Shown in pieces: positions 59,413-64,000 of a stretch of DNA of 64,000 nucleotides. The translations under genes and the position numbers were made by a program. The notes under the pieces were generated by a model that had not been told where the DNA came from, searched no databases, and saw nothing but the letters and a program-made list of their open reading frames with translations. How positions within the stretch are numbered: the first letter of the stretch is position 1; each line of letters begins with the position of its first letter. This stretch comes from Alphaproteobacteria bacterium (GTDB lineage Bacteria; Pseudomonadota; Alphaproteobacteria; GCA-2731375), in assembly GCA_965232515.1 (NCBI GenBank), contig CBDDPY010000002.1:4064001-4128000 (forward strand), in the 5' to 3' direction.

Positions 59413-59598
59413 ATGATTACAATCAATCCGCAACCGGCGCTGAATGCTCAATTGCCGTCAGTGGACCGGACCGTCACCGGTACGGTCGAGGAGAAACAGG
59501 ATACGGCTGCGCTCGACTCTCTGGACATGACGCTCACCGAACTCGACGATCTCCTTGAGGATCTGCCAGAGGATTTCAACGGCATCCTGGTGTACTGA
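59413..59598 (+). CDS. small acidic hypothetical protein (61 aa)
   Basis: GAGG RBS before ATG 59413; coding-like codon usage in the 3' half. Confidence 0.5.
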   Translation: MITINPQPALNAQLPSVDRTVTGTVEEKQDTAALDSLDMTLTELDDLLEDLPEDFNGILVY

Positions 59599-60188
59599 TT
59601 CGCTGCACCGACCGGTTCTGAGCCGCAGATTTATCGATAACCCAGCCGCGTACGGCCACCGATTGGAAACCGGCCGAACGACGTGATTACGCCTCGATCG
59701 ACGTTTGACCTTCCAACATGTCCGCTGTGACAAATTCGTGGCGGACCGCGAGGCGCGCCGTCTGCCGAGGTCGGACCTTATCGCGGGTGAGACCCGCGCG
59801 ACGTTAACCATAACGATCCGGGGTTTTCGTTGCCTTCGATCAGATTAGCGATCGCTCACGCTAAACAACAGCCGCCACTTAACCTAAACAGTGTGACTAT
59901 TTTGAGAGAATCCGTTCGTTTATTTCACTATCTTTTGTAGAGAATGCAGAAAATCATTTCGCTGATTGTAACATAAAAAGTTCACAAACCCGAATATCTC
60001 AGATAGACTGATGAGCACCACATGTTGATTAACCTTGTATGGAAAGTCGCTTAAGCATTTTTGGAAATATCTTCAATTCTCAATATAGAGAAAATGGAGA
60101 TTAAGCGAACTTTCTCGGCAAGGGTTGCCGTTTATTGAATTTCGTTAACTCTTGATCGAAAACATGTGACGAATGACAACGAATAACC

Positions 60189-61268
60189 TTGCCATCACCC
60201 GATACAACATCCCGGTCAGGATGTTGTTCGATGTGGGTGTCCATGGACGCACTGAAGTTTGACGGTTCCGCGCAAGGACGCCCGACCTCGGTGTTACAGC
60301 ACAAGCAAATAGACGTGCCGGAACAGCTCCGCGACGGACGCTGGGTTAGGACCCTCGGCCTCGCGCTGTTTGCCGGTCTACTGATATCGCCGTGGACGAT
60401 GGCCGGCGCGGTTGCGCCGGCCGAGCCAAGTGCCCAGGTCGTGCACGGCGGACAAGGCGCGGCCATCGCCGACATCGCCCATCATCGGCGCTTTGCGGAA
60501 GCCGACGCAGCCGACAGGACGTTCGGCTTCGATGGCTCGTCGATGCGTTCACCGCTGATATCCGCGAAGATTGCAAATCAAATCGCCAAGCTCGAAAAAG
60601 CCGTGCACGTGAACCCGCGCAACGCATCGGCCTGGAACAACCTCGGCCACCTCCGGCTGCGGACCGGCGATGTGGAAGGGGCGAAGCGGGCCTATCATTC
60701 AGTGCTCAAGCTCGGCCTGTATCACGGCAATCGCGAGGTTCAGGCCGCCGCCTACGCCAACCTCGGCATTGTCTACAAAAGCAGTGGCGATCTCGACCGG
60801 GCGAAGGTCGCCCACCAGAAAGCACTGAAGCTGAACACCCGCATCGGTCGACGCGACCGCATGGCAGATGCCTATATCAATCTCGGCGTCATCCACCAGG
60901 CCAAGGGCGACTACGATGAAGCCATCGACGCGCAACTGAAGGCGTTGACGATCAACAAGCAACTTGGCAACCGCGCGGGCATGGCGAACGCTTATGGCAA
61001 TCTGGGTGTGATCTACAAGCTGACCGGCGATCTGCTCAAGGCCGAAACATCGCTCACAAGCTCATTGACGATCAAAGAGCATCTCGGCGATCAAGAGGGC
61101 GTCGCAAAGGCCCATGCGAATCTCGGCTCAATCTATCAGTCCCGCGGCAATATCGGCGAAGCCTGCCGGCTATGGTCGCGCGCCTACAACGAGTTCACCG
61201 CGGTCAACCACAGGCAGTGGGCCAACGTGGTCCGTTCCTGGATGTCCGAAGCGAATTGTCGTCGCTAA
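60189..61268 (+). CDS. tetratricopeptide repeat protein with N-terminal TM/signal (start uncertain)
   Basis: Five A..NLG..Y...GD...A repeats at 40-aa spacing; hydrophobic segment LGLALFAGLLI. Confidence 0.85.
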   Translation: MPSPDTTSRSGCCSMWVSMDALKFDGSAQGRPTSVLQHKQIDVPEQLRDGRWVRTLGLALFAGLLISPWTMAGAVAPAEPSAQVVHGGQGAAIADIAHHRRFAEADAADRTFGFDGSSMRSPLISAKIANQIAKLEKAVHVNPRNASAWNNLGHLRLRTGDVEGAKRAYHSVLKLGLYHGNREVQAAAYANLGIVYKSSGDLDRAKVAHQKALKLNTRIGRRDRMADAYINLGVIHQAKGDYDEAIDAQLKALTINKQLGNRAGMANAYGNLGVIYKLTGDLLKAETSLTSSLTIKEHLGDQEGVAKAHANLGSIYQSRGNIGEACRLWSRAYNEFTAVNHRQWANVVRSWMSEANCRR

Positions 61269-63118
61269 CCAGCAACGGCGGGCGGCAACGCCGAGGTTGA
61301 CGGTTCGGTTTCGACGACGGGGAGTTCGTCGGCCGCCAACGTCTCTTTCCTCAGCAAGTCTCGGGCGCCGCGTTCGAGATGATCCCGTCGCGCCGCGAGA
61401 ATGGCCGTTGCCCGGTCAAAGGCTTGTCCGACAAGCGTCTTGACGGCGCAATCGATCTCGCGCGCCGTCGCCTCGCTGTAGAGGCGCCGTTCCAATGTGG
61501 GCCCGCCGGCCGGCGCGTCCAGCAGCGTCGACTGTTCGCGCTCGTAGGTCATCTGCCCGAGATCCGCGTCCATGCCGTAGCGGGTAACGATGCCGCGCGC
61601 AATGTCGGTCGCTTTGCTGAGATCGTCCGCCGCGCCCGTCGAGAGATTACCGTATACAAGCATCTCCGCCGCCCGGCCGCCCAGCAGCACGGCCATCTTG
61701 TTCTCCAGCTCCTGCTTGGTCATCAGGTAGCGGTCTTCGGTCGGCCGCTGAATGGTGTAGCCGAGCGCGCCGATGCCGCGCGGAATGATCGACACCTTGT
61801 GGATCTTGTCGGTTCCCGGCAATGAAAGCCCGACCAGCGCATGACCCATTTCGTGGTAGGCCACGATCTCCCGCTCGAGCGGATTGAGCAGACGGTTGCG
61901 CTTTTCCAGACCAGCGACGATGCGCTCGACGGCCCGGTTGAAGTCCTCCATCGACACTGCATCGCCGCCGCGCCGGGTCGCCAGCAACGCGGCCTCGTTC
62001 ACCAGGTTCGCCAAGTCGGCACCGCTGAACCCCGGCGTCAGGGCGGCGAGCGCGGCGACATCGACATCCTCGGCGAGCTCGACCTTGTTCAGGTGCACGT
62101 GCAGGATTTGCTCCCGGCCCTGCCGGTCTGGCCGATCGACCAGCACCTGCCGGTCGAAGCGACCGGCCCGCAGCAAGGCGGGGTCGAGAATCTCGGGCCG
62201 GTTCGTCGCCGCCAAGAGAACCATGCCTTCGGCCGTCGGATCGAAGCCGTCGAGTTCGGACAGAAGCTGGTTGAGCGTCTGCTCCTTCTCGTCATGCCCG
62301 CCGAGTCCCGGAAAGCTGCCGCGCGCCCGGCCAAGCGCATCCAGTTCGTCGATGAAGATAATGCAGGGCGCCTGCTTGCGCGCCTGCTCGAACAGGTCCC
62401 GAACCCGCGCGGCGCCAACGCCGACAAACATCTCGACGAACTCCGAGCCGTTGATCGAGAAGAACGGCACACCGGCCTCGCCCGCAATGGCCCGGGCCAG
62501 GAGTGTCTTGCCCGTGCCCGGCGGTCCAACTAGCAGCACGCCCTTCGGGATCCGCGCGCCAAGCCGGCCGTAGGTCCGCGGATCCTTCAGGAAGGCGACC
62601 ACCTCCTGAAGCTCCTGCTTCGCTTCGTCGACGCCGGCGACATCGTCGAACGTCACCTTGGTGTCGGTTTCGACATAGACCTTGGCCCGGCTCTTCCCCA
62701 CCGACATCAAACCGCCGCCGAAGCCCTGCTTTTCGGCGAGACGCCGAATCACGAACATCCAGATACCGACGAAAAACAGCACCGGCAGTATCCAGGACAG
62801 GATCTCCTTCAAGACCGTCTGCTCGGTGGCGCCGGTGACCGTGACACCGTATTCCGCCAGGTCTTCGGCCAGGTCAGGGTCAACCCGGCGGGCATAGACC
62901 CAGGTCTTGCCGCCATCCATCGGCTGTTTCAGCCGGCCTTCGATCAGGGTTTCGCTGACGATAACCTCGGACACCCGGTCGTCGGCCAGGAACTGCTGAA
63001 ATTCGCTGTAGGGGATGACCTCGACCTGGCGGGCCTGCTGCCACCAGGACTGAAACAGGCTGATCAGGAAGACCGCGACGACGACATACCAAATGTTGAA
63101 CTTGGTTTTGCCTTCCAT
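61265..63118 (-). CDS. ftsH: ATP-dependent zinc metalloprotease FtsH (probable paralog)
   Basis: Two [13 protein letters not shown] pore motif, [21 protein letters not shown]; GGAG RBS before ATG 63118. Confidence 0.95.
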   Translation of the reverse strand: MEGKTKFNIWYVVVAVFLISLFQSWWQQARQVEVIPYSEFQQFLADDRVSEVIVSETLIEGRLKQPMDGGKTWVYARRVDPDLAEDLAEYGVTVTGATEQTVLKEILSWILPVLFFVGIWMFVIRRLAEKQGFGGGLMSVGKSRAKVYVETDTKVTFDDVAGVDEAKQELQEVVAFLKDPRTYGRLGARIPKGVLLVGPPGTGKTLLARAIAGEAGVPFFSINGSEFVEMFVGVGAARVRDLFEQARKQAPCIIFIDELDALGRARGSFPGLGGHDEKEQTLNQLLSELDGFDPTAEGMVLLAATNRPEILDPALLRAGRFDRQVLVDRPDRQGREQILHVHLNKVELAEDVDVAALAALTPGFSGADLANLVNEAALLATRRGGDAVSMEDFNRAVERIVAGLEKRNRLLNPLEREIVAYHEMGHALVGLSLPGTDKIHKVSIIPRGIGALGYTIQRPTEDRYLMTKQELENKMAVLLGGRAAEMLVYGNLSTGAADDLSKATDIARGIVTRYGMDADLGQMTYEREQSTLLDAPAGGPTLERRLYSEATAREIDCAVKTLVGQAFDRATAILAARRDHLERGARDLLRKETLAADELPVVETEPSTSALPPAVAG

Positions 63119-63165
63119 GGCCACTCCAGCCAATCGCTTCGCTTCCGCAATGGCGGAAAGCGACA

Positions 63166-63207
63166 ATAATAGATCGGCAAGCGCGCCTTCGGATTGACCT
63201 CTATCAG
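63166..63207 (-). promoter_or_regulatory. FNR/FixK-type class II promoter for ftsH
   Basis: TTGAC-CTCT-ATCAG at 63194-63207 and a minus-strand TATTAT -10 at 63171-63166; the box centre falls about 41.5 bp upstream of the inferred start site. Confidence 0.6.
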
Positions 63208-63265
63208 TCACCGCCGCAACGGCGCCAGGCCAAACCGAGCCGTTCGTTTCCGATTGGCAAGGCCC

Positions 63266-63360
63266 AAAAGGGGTTCCGCCCGCGGCCGGGCGACCGCGGG
63301 CGGATGTCGGAAACTCAGGTTACTATCGGGAGGGACATGACTATCACTAGGGACAGTGAT
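63266..63360 (-). ncRNA. candidate small regulatory RNA with anti-Shine-Dalgarno motifs
   Basis: 5' hairpin ATCACT-GTCCCT-AGTGAT, internal TCCCTCCC, 11-bp GC stem at 63275-63304 followed by ACCCCTTTT; CtrA-like box upstream. Confidence 0.5.
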
Positions 63361-63380
63361 GAGATGGTGAACCGATATGG

Positions 63381-63395
63381 TTAACAAATGGTAAA
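63381..63395. promoter_or_regulatory. CtrA-like box
   Basis: TTAA-CAAATGG-TAAA (one mismatch). Confidence 0.55.
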
Positions 63396-63498
63396 CGCCT
63401 GACCTAAAAATGCCCCAGGCGGAAAAATGGCTGGCGGATTCTCAACAAATGACCGACGAGGCCCGATTTGGGCTCTTCGCGGGACCGCGGATGGGTAA

Positions 63499-63513
63499 TT
63501 AACCCTAATTTAG
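63499..63513 (+). promoter_or_regulatory. CtrA-like box
   Basis: TTAA-CCCTAAT-TTAG (one mismatch), upstream of a small membrane ORF. Confidence 0.45.
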
Positions 63514-63566
63514 TTCAGGAATGTCACGGTGGAGCCGGCAAACTAGGATCTGGCAACTCCCGCCGG

Positions 63567-63689
63567 ATGCAATTCAGGCTCTCAGTCGTGGAACTACCGA
63601 AGGCCCGCCGCAAGTTGCAGATCGCCTTTTGGCTAGCTCTGTGGCTGGCGTCGGTCAGCGGCTTGATCTTTCTCTACATGACCGGCTGA
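63567..63689 (+). CDS. putative 40-aa single-pass membrane protein
   Basis: Basic patch KARRK then a TM helix IAFWLALWLASVSGLIFLYM; weak RBS. Confidence 0.35.
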   Translation: MQFRLSVVELPKARRKLQIAFWLALWLASVSGLIFLYMTG

Positions 63690-63703
63690 CGATTCGCACG
63701 CCG

Positions 63704-64000
63704 TCAGGCCACAGCCGATGACGCGCTCCTGCTCGCAGTCCGTTCGTCAATTACCTCCTGCGCCATCCGGTCGGCGGCGACGCTGGTGGGAATCGAATCT
63801 GTTTCCGACCGCGTGAAAACCCTCAAGCACGTCTCGTAGATCGCCGCTACCCGCCGCTCGACGGCATTACGCGGCGCCCCGCTCCGATCGCTCAGACTGC
63901 TGAGCAGACCGCCGGCATTGGCGACATAGTCCGGAACATAGAGGATGCCGCGATCGGCCAACGCAACGCCGAGCCGGTCCTCGGCCAACTGATCGTCGGC
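63704..64000 (-). CDS. Leu/Phe/Val dehydrogenase family, C-terminal part (runs off window)
   Basis: QLAE...LADRGILYVPDYVANAGG...IYET...AADRMA. Confidence 0.8.
   Translation of the reverse strand, partial: ADDQLAEDRLGVALADRGILYVPDYVANAGGLLSSLSDRSGAPRNAVERRVAAIYETCLRVFTRSETDSIPTSVAADRMAQEVIDERTASRSASSAVA

Noticed and set aside
63328-63384. Plus-strand GGGAGG followed by a 15-codon ORF
   Set aside because: The SD-to-ATG spacing is too short; the sequence is better explained as a minus-strand anti-SD motif.

Overview
High-GC alphaproteobacterial chromosome segment (Rhodospirillales-like gene content), densely coding, with no rRNA, tRNA, CRISPR or transposase visible. From left to right: a partial AraC regulator, a degenerate EAL protein, regB-regA and an ABC-2 exporter. 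Next is a ~29 kb surface-glycan locus (5475-34846). It holds two parallel nonulosonic-acid modules (two NeuB, two NeuA, one NeuC, each NeuB paired with a D-2-hydroxyacid dehydrogenase), a ThDP enzyme, a Gfo/Idh/MocA oxidoreductase, two sulfotransferases, three methyltransferases, a kinase-methyltransferase fusion, an AsnB-type amidotransferase, an ABC flippase, an O-antigen-ligase-family protein, WecA/WbpL-like and CapD-like enzymes, and a MarR-RfaH pair with an ops-like site. Then come purH, an MFS transporter, divergent large NAD-GDH and NADP-type gdhA, envelope genes (two MipA/OmpV, DUF1344, trypsin-like lipoprotein, DUF1194, a PEP-CTERM beta-helix protein) and an LLM oxidoreductase. The right end has a class III cyclase/Crp module with its own CRP box, a small secreted peptide, a PleC/DivJ-like kinase, an aldo-keto reductase, a TPR protein, an FtsH paralog with an FNR/FixK-type promoter, a candidate CtrA-driven sRNA and a partial Leu/Phe/Val dehydrogenase. 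The best novelty candidates are the dual nonulosonate pathway with its domain-swapped WbdD-like enzyme, the cyclase-Crp-MipA-peptide-kinase cassette and the sRNA. All family calls come from motif recognition by eye; no database search was run.
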